Assembly (NCBI RefSeq): GCF_054482525.1
Contig: NZ_CM137006.1
Length of the DNA stretch: 64,000 nucleotides
Reading direction: 5' to 3' (one strand)
The notes under the pieces are model-generated. The model saw nothing but the letters and a program-made list of their open reading frames with translations. It was not told the DNA's origin and did not search any database. How positions within the stretch are numbered: the stretch's first letter is position 1; each line of letters begins with the position of its first letter. Position numbers and translations under genes: made by a program. Shown here piece by piece: positions 13,421-23,514 of this stretch.

Positions 13421-13567
13421 TACCCTCACCCTAACCCTCTCCCAAAGGGAGAGGGGACCGATCGGCGTGGTATCCAGGTGCCGTGTCGGTTTGCAACTTC
13501 GCTCGGTGGGAAAGTATGCACCGCCTTTCTCCCTCGCCCCTCTGGGGAGAGGGCCGGGGTGAGGGGA
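13421..13567. repeat. GC-rich nested inverted-repeat element between ugpB and ugpA (boxC/RSA-like intergenic repeat)
   Basis: ccctcaccc-ccctctccc-aaa-gggagaggg at the left edge mirrored by cccctctggggagaggg-ggggtgaggg at the right edge. Confidence 0.5.
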
Positions 13568-13589
13568 ACACAACACGAAGAGTTTAACT

Positions 13590-14477
13590 ATGTCATCATC
13601 CCGTCCGGTGTTCCGCTCGCGCTGGCTGCCCTATTTGCTGGTCGCGCCGCAGCTCATCATCACCGTTATCTTTTTTATCTGGCCTGCGGGCGAAGCGTTG
13701 TGGTACTCGCTGCAAAGCGTCGATCCGTTTGGTTTCTCCAGCCAGTTTGTCGGCCTGGATAACTTCGTCACGCTGTTTCATGACAGCTACTATCTCGACT
13801 CCTTCTGGACGACGATAAAATTCAGCACCTTTGTCACCGTCAGTGGTTTGCTGGTGTCGCTGTTCTTTGCGGCGCTGGTGGAGTACATCGTGCGCGGCAG
13901 CCGTTTCTATCAAACCTTGATGCTGCTGCCGTATGCCGTGGCTCCCGCCGTTGCCGCCGTATTGTGGATCTTCCTGTTTAACCCTGGTCGCGGGCTGATC
14001 ACCCATTTTCTCGCTGAGTTCGGCTACGACTGGAACCACGCGCAAAACAGCGGTCAGGCGATGTTTCTGGTGGTGTTTGCCTCGGTGTGGAAGCAAATCA
14101 GCTACAACTTCCTGTTCTTCTATGCCGCGCTGCAATCCATTCCCCGTTCGTTGATCGAAGCCGCAGCCATCGACGGTGCAGGCCCGATTCGCCGCTTCTT
14201 TAAGATTGCGCTGCCGCTTATCGCTCCGGTGAGTTTCTTCCTGCTGGTGGTGAACCTGGTATACGCCTTCTTCGACACCTTCCCGGTGATCGACGCCGCC
14301 ACGTCCGGCGGGCCGGTTCAGGCCACCACGACGCTGATTTATAAGATTTACCGCGAAGGCTTTACCGGACTGGATCTGGCTTCGTCTGCCGCGCAGTCGG
14401 TGGTGTTGATGTTCCTCGTCATCGTGCTGACGGTGGTGCAGTTCCGCTATGTTGAAAGCAAGGTGCGTTACCAATGA
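13590..14477 (+). CDS. ugpA: sn-glycerol-3-phosphate ABC permease UgpA
   Basis: 295-aa polytopic ORF. Confidence 0.94.
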
Positions 14478-15319
14478 TTGAGAACCGTCCGTGGCTGACA
14501 ATATTCAGCCATACCATGTTGATCCTCGGGATCGCGGTGATCCTCTTCCCGCTGTACGTGGCGTTTGTCGCGGCGACGCTGGATAAACAGGCCGTCTATG
14601 CCGCGCCGATGACGCTCATCCCCGGCACACATCTGCTGGAAAATATCCACAACATCTGGGTGAACGGGGTAGGCACGAATAGTGCGCCTTTCTGGCGGAT
14701 GTTGCTTAACAGCTTTGTGATGGCGTTCAGCATTACGCTCGGCAAAATTACCGTCTCGATGCTCTCGGCATTTGCCATTGTCTGGTTTCGTTTTCCGCTG
14801 CGTAACCTCTTCTTCTGGATGATTTTTATCACTCTGATGTTGCCGGTTGAAGTGCGTATTTTCCCGACGGTGGAAGTCATCGCCAATCTGAAGATGCTCG
14901 ACAGCTACGCCGGCTTAACGCTGCCGCTGATGGCCTCGGCGACCGCCACCTTCCTGTTCCGCCAGTTCTTTATGACGCTGCCGGATGAGCTGGTGGAAGC
15001 TGCGCGGATCGACGGCGCGTCACCAATGCGTTTCTTTTGCGACATCGTTTTTCCGCTGTCCAAAACCAATCTGGCGGCGCTGTTTGTGATCACCTTTATC
15101 TACGGCTGGAACCAGTATTTGTGGCCGTTGTTGATTATTACCGATGTGGATCTCGGCACCACCGTAGCAGGGATTAAAGGGATGATCGCCACAGGCGAAG
15201 GCACCACGGAATGGAACTCGGTGATGGCGGCGATGTTGTTAACCCTGATCCCACCAGTAGTGATTGTTTTAGTGATGCAGCGTGCCTTCGTGCGCGGCCT
15301 GGTCGATAGTGAGAAATAA
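14474..15319 (+). CDS. ugpE: sn-glycerol-3-phosphate ABC permease UgpE
   Basis: 281 aa; ATGA overlap with ugpA. Confidence 0.94.
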
Positions 15320-15320
15320 G

Positions 15321-16391
15321 ATGGCAGGACTGAAATTACAGGCAGTAACCAAAAGCTGGGATGGCAAAACCCAGGTCATTAAACCGCTGACCCTTGATGT
15401 GGCGGATGGCGAATTTATCGTGATGGTCGGGCCGTCTGGCTGCGGGAAATCGACGTTATTGCGAATGGTGGCCGGACTGGAGCGGGTAACGACGGGCGAT
15501 ATCTGGATCGACCGCAAGCGTGTCACCGAAATGGAGCCGAAAGATCGCGGGATTGCGATGGTGTTTCAGAACTACGCGCTTTATCCGCATATGAGCGTCG
15601 AAGAAAACATGGCGTGGGGGCTGAAAATTCGCGGCATGGGCAAGCAGCAAATTGCCGAGCGCGTTAAAGAAGCGGCGCGCATTCTGGAGCTGGACGGCCT
15701 GCTTAAGCGCCGCCCGCGTGAGCTATCTGGCGGTCAGCGTCAGCGTGTGGCGATGGGGCGTGCGATTGTGCGTGAGCCGGCAGTGTTCCTGTTTGATGAG
15801 CCGCTCTCTAACCTCGATGCCAAGCTGCGCGTACAGATGCGTCTTGAACTGCAACAGCTGCACCGTCGCCTGAAAACGACTTCACTCTACGTTACTCACG
15901 ATCAGGTTGAGGCGATGACGCTCGCCCAGCGAGTAATGGTGATGAACGGCGGCGTTGCCGAACAGATTGGCACGCCAGTTGAAGTCTACGAAAAGCCCGC
16001 CAGCCTGTTTGTGGCGAGTTTTATTGGCAGTCCGGCGATGAATCTGCTGACAGGCCGCGTGAATAATGAAGGCACGCATTTTGAACTGGACGGCGGTATC
16101 GTGCTACCGCTAAACGGTGGCTACCGTCAGTATGCCGGGCGTAAAATGACTCTCGGCATTCGCCCGGAACATATTGCGCTAAGCTCGCAGGCAGAAGGCG
16201 GCGTACCGCTGGTGATGGACACGCTGGAGATCCTCGGCGCTGATAATCTGGCGCACGGACGCTGGGGCGAACAGAAGCTGGTGGTGCGACTGGCGCATCA
16301 GGAGCGCCCGACGGCAGGCAGCACGCTGTGGCTGCATCTGCCGGAAAATCAGCTGCATCTTTTTGATGGTGAAACAGGACAACGAGTATGA
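15321..16391 (+). CDS. ugpC: sn-glycerol-3-phosphate ABC ATPase UgpC
   Basis: Track ORF 15282..16391 trimmed to [15 protein letters not shown] (356 aa); Walker [10 protein letters not shown]. Confidence 0.93.
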   Translation: MAGLKLQAVTKSWDGKTQVIKPLTLDVADGEFIVMVGPSGCGKSTLLRMVAGLERVTTGDIWIDRKRVTEMEPKDRGIAMVFQNYALYPHMSVEENMAWGLKIRGMGKQQIAERVKEAARILELDGLLKRRPRELSGGQRQRVAMGRAIVREPAVFLFDEPLSNLDAKLRVQMRLELQQLHRRLKTTSLYVTHDQVEAMTLAQRVMVMNGGVAEQIGTPVEVYEKPASLFVASFIGSPAMNLLTGRVNNEGTHFELDGGIVLPLNGGYRQYAGRKMTLGIRPEHIALSSQAEGGVPLVMDTLEILGADNLAHGRWGEQKLVVRLAHQERPTAGSTLWLHLPENQLHLFDGETGQRV

Positions 16392-17131
16392 GTAACTGGC
16401 CTTATCCCCGCATCGTCGCCCATCGTGGCGGCGGTAAACTGGCCCCGGAAAACACCCTGGCGGCAATCGACGTGGGGGCAAAATACGGTCATAAGATGAT
16501 CGAATTTGACGCGAAGTTATCGAAAGATGGCGAGATCTTCCTGCTCCATGACGACAATCTCGAACGTACCAGCAACGGCTGGGGCGTCGCGGGTGAACTG
16601 AACTGGCAGGATTTACTGCGCGTGGATGCGGGCAGTTGGTACAGCAAAGCGTTTAAAGGTGAGCCGCTGCCGTTGCTTTCGCAGGTGGCGGAACGCTGTC
16701 GTGAACACGGGATGATGGCGAATATCGAAATCAAGCCCACCACTGGCACCGGGCCATTAACGGGCAAAATGGTGGCGCTGGCGGCACGCGAACTGTGGGC
16801 CGATATGACGCCGCCGCTGCTGTCATCGTTTGAGATTGATGCTTTAGAAGCTGCACAACAGGCTGCACCGGAACTGCCGCGCGGTTTGTTGTTGGATGAG
16901 TGGCGCGACGACTGGCGAGAACTGACCGCGCGACTGGGCTGCGTCTCTATTCATCTCAATCATAAGTTGCTTGATAAAGCGCGAGTGATGCAGTTGAAAG
17001 ACGCCGGATTACGGATTCTGGTTTATACCGTCAATAAACCCCAGCGCGCGGCAGAGTTGCTGCGCTGGGGCGTGGATTGCATCTGCACCGATGCGATTGA
17101 CGTGATTGGTCCGAACTTTACGGCCCAATAG
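16388..17131 (+). CDS. ugpQ: glycerophosphodiester phosphodiesterase UgpQ
   Basis: 247 aa; HR..G..PENT motif of the GDPD family. Confidence 0.93.
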
Positions 17132-17558
17132 TTTTCAACGGAATGTCAGGCTGCGGCGTGCTGGGCTGATTCAGCATGTCGCCGTTTCTCCTCTCCGGCA
17201 GCATATGCTGCTGATTCAACGAACTATCCGGATTACGGTTGCTGTTTAACATCCCGCCGTTGGTGTTGGGCAGCATTTGCTGCCGGGCGGGATTTCGCTC
17301 CCCCGGCTGCGACTGCAACACCCGCTGGGAGTTGTTGTTTATCTGGTTTTCTAAATGCTGCTGTTGCAGCTGCGTTTGCGTTTTCAGTTGCTGGTTCAGC
17401 ATCCCTTTTTGCTGGATTTGCTGCGTCTGCATTTGAGTCTGCATCCGCTGCTGGCTGGGGATCTGATATCCCGGCTGGTTGGGGTTGTTCAGAGTATTAA
17501 TGGGCTGTGCAAAGCCGACAAACGGCAGGAGTGCCGTAAGAATCAGAAGTCGTTTCAT
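17118..17558 (-). CDS. yhhA: Gln-rich secreted low-complexity protein YhhA
   Basis: 146-aa ORF with signal peptide [17 protein letters not shown] followed by Q-rich repeats; convergent overlap with ugpQ. Confidence 0.85.
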
Positions 17559-17677
17559 CGCGTATCCTCCTCTGAAGATATCCTTTAAGTTTACTCGCTT
17601 CCCGGCAAAACGATGATTAATTCAGAGTTATATACCAGGCTTAGCTGGGGTTGCCCCTTAATCTCTGGAGAATAACG

Positions 17678-19420
17678 ATGATAAAACCGACGTTTTTACG
17701 CCGGGTGGCCATTGCTGCTCTGCTCTCAGGAAGTTGTTTTAGCGCCGCCGCCGCGCCTCCTCCGCCACCTGTTTCTTATGGCGTGGAGGAAGATGTCTTC
17801 CATCCGGTACGCGCGAAACAGGGGATGGTGGCGTCTGTAGATGCTACTGCCACTCAGGTGGGGGTGGATATCCTCAAGGAGGGCGGGAATGCCGTTGATG
17901 CCGCCGTGGCTGTGGGCTACGCGCTGGCGGTAACGCATCCGCAGGCAGGGAATCTGGGCGGTGGTGGTTTTATGCTGATCCGCTCGAAAAATGGCAATAC
18001 CACCGCTATCGATTTCCGCGAAATGGCACCCGCCAAAGCGACCCGCGATATGTTCCTCGATGACCAGGGCAACCCGGACAGCAAAAAATCACTCACTTCG
18101 CATCTGGCCTCCGGTACGCCAGGTACGGTCGCAGGTTTCTCGCAGGCGCTGGAGAAGTACGGCACCATGCCGTTAAATAAAGTGGTGCAGCCGGCGTTTA
18201 AACTGGCACGCGATGGTTTTATCGTTAATGACGCGCTGGCTGACGATCTCAAAACCTACGGTAGCGAAGTGTTGCCGAATCACGAAAACAGCAAGGCTAT
18301 CTTCTGGAAAGAGGGCGCGCCGCTGAAAAAGGGCGACAAGCTGGTGCAGGCGAACCTGGCAAAGAGCCTGGAGATGATTGCCGAAAACGGCCCGGACGAA
18401 TTCTACAAAGGCACAATAGCGGAGCAGATCGCTCAGGAGATGCAGAAAAACGGTGGCTTGATCACTAAAGAAGATTTAGCGGCGTATAAAGCGGTCGAAC
18501 GTACACCGATTAGCGGCGAATATCGCGGGTATCAGGTTTACTCGATGCCACCGCCATCTTCCGGTGGGATTCATATCGTGCAGATCCTCAATATCCTGGA
18601 AAACTTCGATATGCAGAAATACGGCTTTGGCAGCGCCGATGCGATGCAAATCATGGCAGAAGCGGAGAAATACGCCTACGCCGACCGCTCGGAATATCTT
18701 GGCGATCCGGATTTTGTGAAAGTCCCGTGGCAGGCGCTGACCAATAAAGCCTATGCCAAATCTATTGCCGATCAAATCGATATCAATAAAGCGAAGCCAT
18801 CCAGCGAAATTCGCCCCGGCAAGCTTGCGCCTTATGAGAGTAATCAAACTACCCATTACTCAGTGGTGGATAAAGACGGCAACGCGGTAGCGGTGACCTA
18901 TACGCTGAACACCACCTTCGGTACGGGCATTGTCGCGGGTGATAGCGGTATTCTGCTTAATAACCAAATGGATGATTTCTCCGCCAAACCTGGCGTACCG
19001 AACGTTTACGGGCTGGTGGGCGGTGACGCCAACGCGGTCGGGCCGAATAAACGCCCGCTGTCGTCGATGTCCCCAACCATTGTGGTGAAAGACGGTAAAA
19101 CCTGGCTGGTTACCGGTAGCCCTGGCGGGAGCCGGATTATCACCACCGTGCTGCAAATGGTAGTGAATAGTATCGATTATGGCATGAACGTCGCCGAAGC
19201 GACCAATGCGCCGCGTTTCCACCATCAGTGGTTGCCGGACGAGCTGCGTGTCGAAAAAGGGTTTAGCCCGGATACGATCAAGCTGCTGGAAGCAAAAGGT
19301 CAGAAAGTGGCGCTGAAAGAGGCGATGGGCAGTACACAAAGCATTATGGTTGGGCCTGACGGTGAGCTGTACGGTGCATCTGACCCGCGCTCGGTAGATG
19401 ATTTAACGGCGGGGTATTAA
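17678..19420 (+). CDS. ggt: gamma-glutamyltranspeptidase
   Basis: Track ORF 17651..19420 trimmed to MIKPTFLRRVAIAALLSGSCFSAAAA (580 aa); conserved Thr-containing TTHYSV autoprocessing region. Confidence 0.94.
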   Translation: MIKPTFLRRVAIAALLSGSCFSAAAAPPPPPVSYGVEEDVFHPVRAKQGMVASVDATATQVGVDILKEGGNAVDAAVAVGYALAVTHPQAGNLGGGGFMLIRSKNGNTTAIDFREMAPAKATRDMFLDDQGNPDSKKSLTSHLASGTPGTVAGFSQALEKYGTMPLNKVVQPAFKLARDGFIVNDALADDLKTYGSEVLPNHENSKAIFWKEGAPLKKGDKLVQANLAKSLEMIAENGPDEFYKGTIAEQIAQEMQKNGGLITKEDLAAYKAVERTPISGEYRGYQVYSMPPPSSGGIHIVQILNILENFDMQKYGFGSADAMQIMAEAEKYAYADRSEYLGDPDFVKVPWQALTNKAYAKSIADQIDINKAKPSSEIRPGKLAPYESNQTTHYSVVDKDGNAVAVTYTLNTTFGTGIVAGDSGILLNNQMDDFSAKPGVPNVYGLVGGDANAVGPNKRPLSSMSPTIVVKDGKTWLVTGSPGGSRIITTVLQMVVNSIDYGMNVAEATNAPRFHHQWLPDELRVEKGFSPDTIKLLEAKGQKVALKEAMGSTQSIMVGPDGELYGASDPRSVDDLTAGY

Positions 19421-19426
19421 TATCTT

Positions 19427-19453
19427 AAGCCCTCTCCCGATAGGCGAGGGCTT
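19427..19453. terminator. hairpin between convergent ggt and yhhY (candidate bidirectional terminator)
   Basis: aagccctc ... gagggctt stem. Confidence 0.5.
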
Positions 19454-19480
19454 AAATGACAAACTTAGATTGCAAATTCT

Positions 19481-19969
19481 CTATTTCACCCGCGCCATAT
19501 AATACGCATCGACATATTCACCATTACGTAATGCGTACTTCTTGCCAGTCCCTTCAATCTCAAATCCAAATTTTTTATAGACCTTAATTGCTGGCGCGTT
19601 ATCGACGAACACCGTTAGCTCAATACGATCTACCCGCAACCAGTTGTCGCACATTTCAATCATCTCTCGCATCAGGGCGCTGGCGACGCCGCGATTCTTC
19701 CAACGGGAGTCGACACAAATACCAAAATCGGCAACATGACTGCGGCGTGGGCGCTGTTGCACGTCAATGGTGAGGTGACCCACGACGGTTCCATCAATAC
19801 AGGCAACTAACTGTTTGATGCCGGGACGATCGGCGAGTCGCTCCTGCCACATATGATCGGAAGGATGAGGCACCTGTAGTGTGTTGCAATACACCTCCGG
19901 CTGGGCGTGAATCTGCCTGATGGCCTCGTAATCGCGCGTTTCAGCATGGCGTATCACTATCTCACTCAT
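19481..19969 (-). CDS. yhhY: GNAT-family N-acetyltransferase YhhY
   Basis: Track ORF 19481..20047 trimmed to MSEIVIRHAETRDYEAIRQIHAQ (162 aa). Confidence 0.85.
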   Translation of the reverse strand: MSEIVIRHAETRDYEAIRQIHAQPEVYCNTLQVPHPSDHMWQERLADRPGIKQLVACIDGTVVGHLTIDVQQRPRRSHVADFGICVDSRWKNRGVASALMREMIEMCDNWLRVDRIELTVFVDNAPAIKVYKKFGFEIEGTGKKYALRNGEYVDAYYMARVK

Positions 19970-20061
19970 TCCTTTGTCCTCTTTGGGGTAAATGTCCCTT
20001 TCAACATCATTGACTTTCCAATGCGAGTCAAATGCATTTTTTTGCAAAAAGTGTTGGACAA

Positions 20062-20090
20062 GTGCGAATGAGAATGATTATTATTGTCTC
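20062..20090 (+). promoter_or_regulatory. Fur box overlapping the ryhB promoter
   Basis: aatgagaatgattattatt resembles the GATAATGATAATCATTATC consensus, immediately 5-prime of ryhB. Confidence 0.65.
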
Positions 20091-20180
20091 GCGATCAGGA
20101 AGACCCTCGCGGAGAACCTGAAAGCACGACATTGCTCACATTGCTTCCAGTATTACTTAGCCAGCCGGGTGCTGGCTTTT
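20091..20180 (+). ncRNA. ryhB: iron-responsive small RNA RyhB
   Basis: Sequence matches RyhB as recalled (gcgatcaggaagaccctcgcggagaacctgaaagcacgacattgctcacattgcttccag...); ends in intrinsic terminator ccagccgggtgctggctttttttt. Confidence 0.92.
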
Positions 20181-20301
20181 TTTTGATCTTTCGTTTTCAA
20201 TTTATCCACGGGAAGTGCTTGTGTTCGTTATGCGCACTCCAGTAGGAACCACGTCCGCTTTGCGCTAAGGTGTAAATAATCACCTTAAAAAGGACGAAAT
20301 C

Positions 20302-21339
20302 ATGGTCATCAACTGCGCCTTTATTGGCTTCGGCAAAAGCACCACCCGTTACCATCTGCCGTATGTACTTAACCGCAAGGATAGCTGGCATGTCGCGCAT
20401 ATTTTTCGCCGCCATGCGAAGCCGGAAGAACAGGCCCCCATTTACTCTCATATCCATTTCACCAGCGATCTCGACGAAGTACTAAACGATCCCGATGTTA
20501 AGCTGGTTGTGGTCTGCACCCATGCAGACAGCCACTTCGAGTACGCGAAGCGCGCGCTGGAAGCCGGGAAAAATGTGCTGGTCGAAAAACCGTTCACCCC
20601 GACGCTTGCGCAGGCGAAAGAGCTGTTTGCTCTGGCGAAAAGTAAAGGGCTGACCGTCACGCCATATCAGAATCGTCGCTTTGATTCCTGCTTCCTGACG
20701 GCGAAAAAAGCGATTGAAAGCGGCAAGCTGGGAGAGATTGTCGAAGTGGAAAGCCATTTTGACTATTACCGCCCGGTGGCAGAAACCAAACCTGGGCTGC
20801 CGCAGGATGGCGCGTTCTATGGCCTTGGTGTGCATACGATGGACCAGATTATTTCTCTGTTCGGTCGCCCGGATCACGTCGCTTATGACATCCGCAGCCT
20901 GCGTAATAAAGCCAATCCTGACGACACCTTTGAAGCGCAGCTGTTTTATGGCGACCTGAAAGCCATCGTCAAAACCAGCCATCTGGTGAAAATCGATTAT
21001 CCGAAATTTATCGTTCACGGTAAGAAAGGTTCGTTTATTAAATACGGTATCGACCAGCAGGAAACCAGCCTCAAGGCTAATATTATGCCGGGCGAACCGG
21101 GATTCGCGGCGGATGATTCGGTCGGTGTGCTGGAGTATGTCAATGACGAGGGCGTGACGGTCAGAGAAGAGATAAAGCCGGAGATGGGCGATTACGGGCG
21201 CGTTTATGATGCGTTGTATCAAACCATCACTAACGGTGCGCCAAATTACGTCAAGGAATCTGAAGTTCTTACCAATCTGGAAATCCTTGAACGAGGATTT
21301 GAGCAAGCCTCTCCCTCCACAGTGACTCTCGCGAAGTAA
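20302..21339 (+). CDS. yhhX: NAD(P)-dependent oxidoreductase YhhX (Gfo/Idh/MocA family)
   Basis: 345-aa ORF MVINCAFIGFGKSTTRYHLPYV. Confidence 0.9.
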   Translation: MVINCAFIGFGKSTTRYHLPYVLNRKDSWHVAHIFRRHAKPEEQAPIYSHIHFTSDLDEVLNDPDVKLVVVCTHADSHFEYAKRALEAGKNVLVEKPFTPTLAQAKELFALAKSKGLTVTPYQNRRFDSCFLTAKKAIESGKLGEIVEVESHFDYYRPVAETKPGLPQDGAFYGLGVHTMDQIISLFGRPDHVAYDIRSLRNKANPDDTFEAQLFYGDLKAIVKTSHLVKIDYPKFIVHGKKGSFIKYGIDQQETSLKANIMPGEPGFAADDSVGVLEYVNDEGVTVREEIKPEMGDYGRVYDALYQTITNGAPNYVKESEVLTNLEILERGFEQASPSTVTLAK

Positions 21340-21461
21340 GTTTGATGGCCCCTCGAATAGTTCAATTTTTTTGAACAGAGGGGTCAATTTTCACCCTCTA
21401 TCATCCCAGGCAGATCGGGTCCACACTAAGCCCATCGAAATCATTCAGGGGGCGAATACAA

Positions 21462-22157
21462 ATGATCTACTTACGCAAAGCAAATGAACGTGGCCATGCA
21501 AATCATGGCTGGCTGGACTCCTGGCATACTTTCTCTTTTGCCAACTATTACGATCCGAACTTTATGGGCTTCTCCGCGCTGCGCGTGATTAACGACGACG
21601 TGATTGAAGCAGGGCAGGGCTTCGGCACTCACCCGCATAAAGATATGGAAATTTTGACCTACGTGCTGGAAGGTACTGTTGAGCATCAGGACAGCATGGG
21701 CAATAAAGAGCAGGTTCCGGCGGGTGAGTTCCAGATTATGAGTGCGGGTACGGGTATTCGTCACTCAGAGTACAACCCAAGCAGCACCGAGCGTCTGCAT
21801 CTGTATCAAATCTGGATCATGCCGGAAGAAAACGGTATTACGCCGCGTTATGAACAGTGTCGCTTCGATGCCGTACAGGGCAAACAGCTGGTGCTCTCGC
21901 CGGATGCGCGAGATGGTTCGCTGAAAGTGCATCAGGATATGGAACTGTATCGTTGGGCATTGCTGAAAGATGAGCAGTCGGTGCATCAGATTGCCGCTGA
22001 ACGCCGCGTCTGGATCCAGGTGGTGAAAGGCAATGTCACCATTAACGGCGTGAAAGCCTCGACCAGCGATGGTCTGGCAATCTGGGATGAGCAGGCAATC
22101 TCCATTCATGCGGATAGCGACAGCGAAGTGTTACTGTTCGATCTGCCGCCGGTTTAA
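21462..22157 (+). CDS. yhhW: pirin-like quercetin 2,3-dioxygenase YhhW
   Basis: 231-aa ORF with cupin His motif (HPHKDMEILTYVLEG). Confidence 0.9.
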   Translation: MIYLRKANERGHANHGWLDSWHTFSFANYYDPNFMGFSALRVINDDVIEAGQGFGTHPHKDMEILTYVLEGTVEHQDSMGNKEQVPAGEFQIMSAGTGIRHSEYNPSSTERLHLYQIWIMPEENGITPRYEQCRFDAVQGKQLVLSPDARDGSLKVHQDMELYRWALLKDEQSVHQIAAERRVWIQVVKGNVTINGVKASTSDGLAIWDEQAISIHADSDSEVLLFDLPPV

Positions 22158-22380
22158 AACTCAACGGCATCTTTGAAGCCTGCCTTTTTGCAGGCTTCCT
22201 CGCTCGCTCCGGTCGCGTGCTGATGTACGCTTCCGGGGTTTTGCCGCGTCGTTAGCACAATGCGATGCAATTGATTTAGTGTATATCTAATAATTGTAAA
22301 CAAGCACTGTTTTCCCCGGGAAGGTTCTGATGCGTCCGTGTTAAACTAAGAGAATCTATCTCTTTTGTACCTTCAGGACG

Positions 22381-23376
22381 ATGAAAAAGAAAAGACCCGT
22401 ACTTCAGGATGTGGCTGACCGTGTAGGCGTGACCAAAATGACGGTCAGCCGCTTTTTGCGTAACCCGGAGCAGGTTTCCGTCGCTCTACGCGGCAAGATT
22501 GCCGCCGCTCTTGATGAACTGGGTTATATTCCCAATCGCGCACCCGATATCCTCTCTAACGCCACCAGCCGGGCGATTGGCGTCCTGTTACCTTCTCTCA
22601 CCAACCAGGTTTTCGCGGAAGTATTACGCGGAATCGAAAGCGTCACCGACGCGCACGGTTATCAGACCATGCTGGCCCACTACGGTTATAAACCGGAAAT
22701 GGAGCAAGAACGCCTCGAATCAATGCTCTCATGGAATATCGACGGACTGATCCTCACCGAACGTACCCACACGCCGCGCACCTTAAAGATGATTGAAGTG
22801 GCGGGGATTCCGGTGGTGGAGTTGATGGACAGCAAGTCGCCGTGCCTCGATATTGCCGTCGGTTTTGATAACTTTGAAGCGGCACGCCAGATGACCACCG
22901 CCATTATTGCTCGCGGGCATCGCCACATTGCCTATCTCGGCGCACGTCTCGACGAACGTACTATCATCAAACAGAAGGGATACGAACAGGCGATGCTGGA
23001 TGCAGGCCTGGTGCCATATAGCGTGATGGTTGAGCAATCTTCTTCTTACTCTTCCGGTATTGAACTGATTCGCCAGGCGAGGCGGGAATATCCGCAGCTG
23101 GATGGCGTGTTCTGTACTAATGATGACCTGGCGGTCGGCGCGGCGTTTGAATGCCAGCGTCTGGGGTTAAAAGTTCCTGACGATATGGCGATTGCCGGTT
23201 TCCATGGTCATGACATTGGTCAGGTGATGGAACCACGGTTGGCGAGCGTACTGACGCCGCGTGAGCGGATGGGCAGTATTGGCGCTGAACGCCTGCTGGC
23301 GCGTATTCGTGGCGAATCTGTGACACCGAAAATGTTAGATTTAGGTTTCACCTTGTCACCGGGCGGATCTATTTAA
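22381..23376 (+). CDS. gntR: gluconate repressor GntR (LacI family)
   Basis: 331-aa ORF with N-terminal HTH VLQDVADRVGVTKMTVSRFL. Confidence 0.94.
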   Translation: MKKKRPVLQDVADRVGVTKMTVSRFLRNPEQVSVALRGKIAAALDELGYIPNRAPDILSNATSRAIGVLLPSLTNQVFAEVLRGIESVTDAHGYQTMLAHYGYKPEMEQERLESMLSWNIDGLILTERTHTPRTLKMIEVAGIPVVELMDSKSPCLDIAVGFDNFEAARQMTTAIIARGHRHIAYLGARLDERTIIKQKGYEQAMLDAGLVPYSVMVEQSSSYSSGIELIRQARREYPQLDGVFCTNDDLAVGAAFECQRLGLKVPDDMAIAGFHGHDIGQVMEPRLASVLTPRERMGSIGAERLLARIRGESVTPKMLDLGFTLSPGGSI

Positions 23377-23456
23377 GCCCACAAATTTGAAGTAGCTCAC
23401 ACTTATACACTTAAGGCACGGATGGATATTGCTTCTGATATTGTCCGGCTGGACAA

Positions 23457-23485
23457 TGTTACCGATAACAGTTACCCGTAACATT
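23457..23485 (+). promoter_or_regulatory. GntR operator palindromes in the gntK promoter
   Basis: atgttaccgataacagttacccgtaacat. Confidence 0.7.
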
Positions 23486-23514
23486 TTTATTTCTTGTATT
23501 GTGGGGGCACCACT

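Noticed and set aside
13421-13567. Possible CRISPR or other repeat array
   Set aside because: Only two mutually inverted GC-rich arms around one core, no regularly spaced direct repeats and no cas genes nearby.
13596-14501. 301-aa minus-strand ORF rich in Arg/Gly/His/Gln
   Set aside because: Lies entirely antisense to ugpA, with composition typical of a shadow frame in GC-rich coding DNA; no RBS or motif.
17239-17588. Cys-rich and Leu-rich plus-strand ORFs (65 and 77 aa)
   Set aside because: Mirror frames of the CAG/CTG-rich yhhA repeats; a low-complexity artefact.
20482-21387. 301-aa minus-strand ORF
   Set aside because: Antisense to yhhX; shadow ORF.
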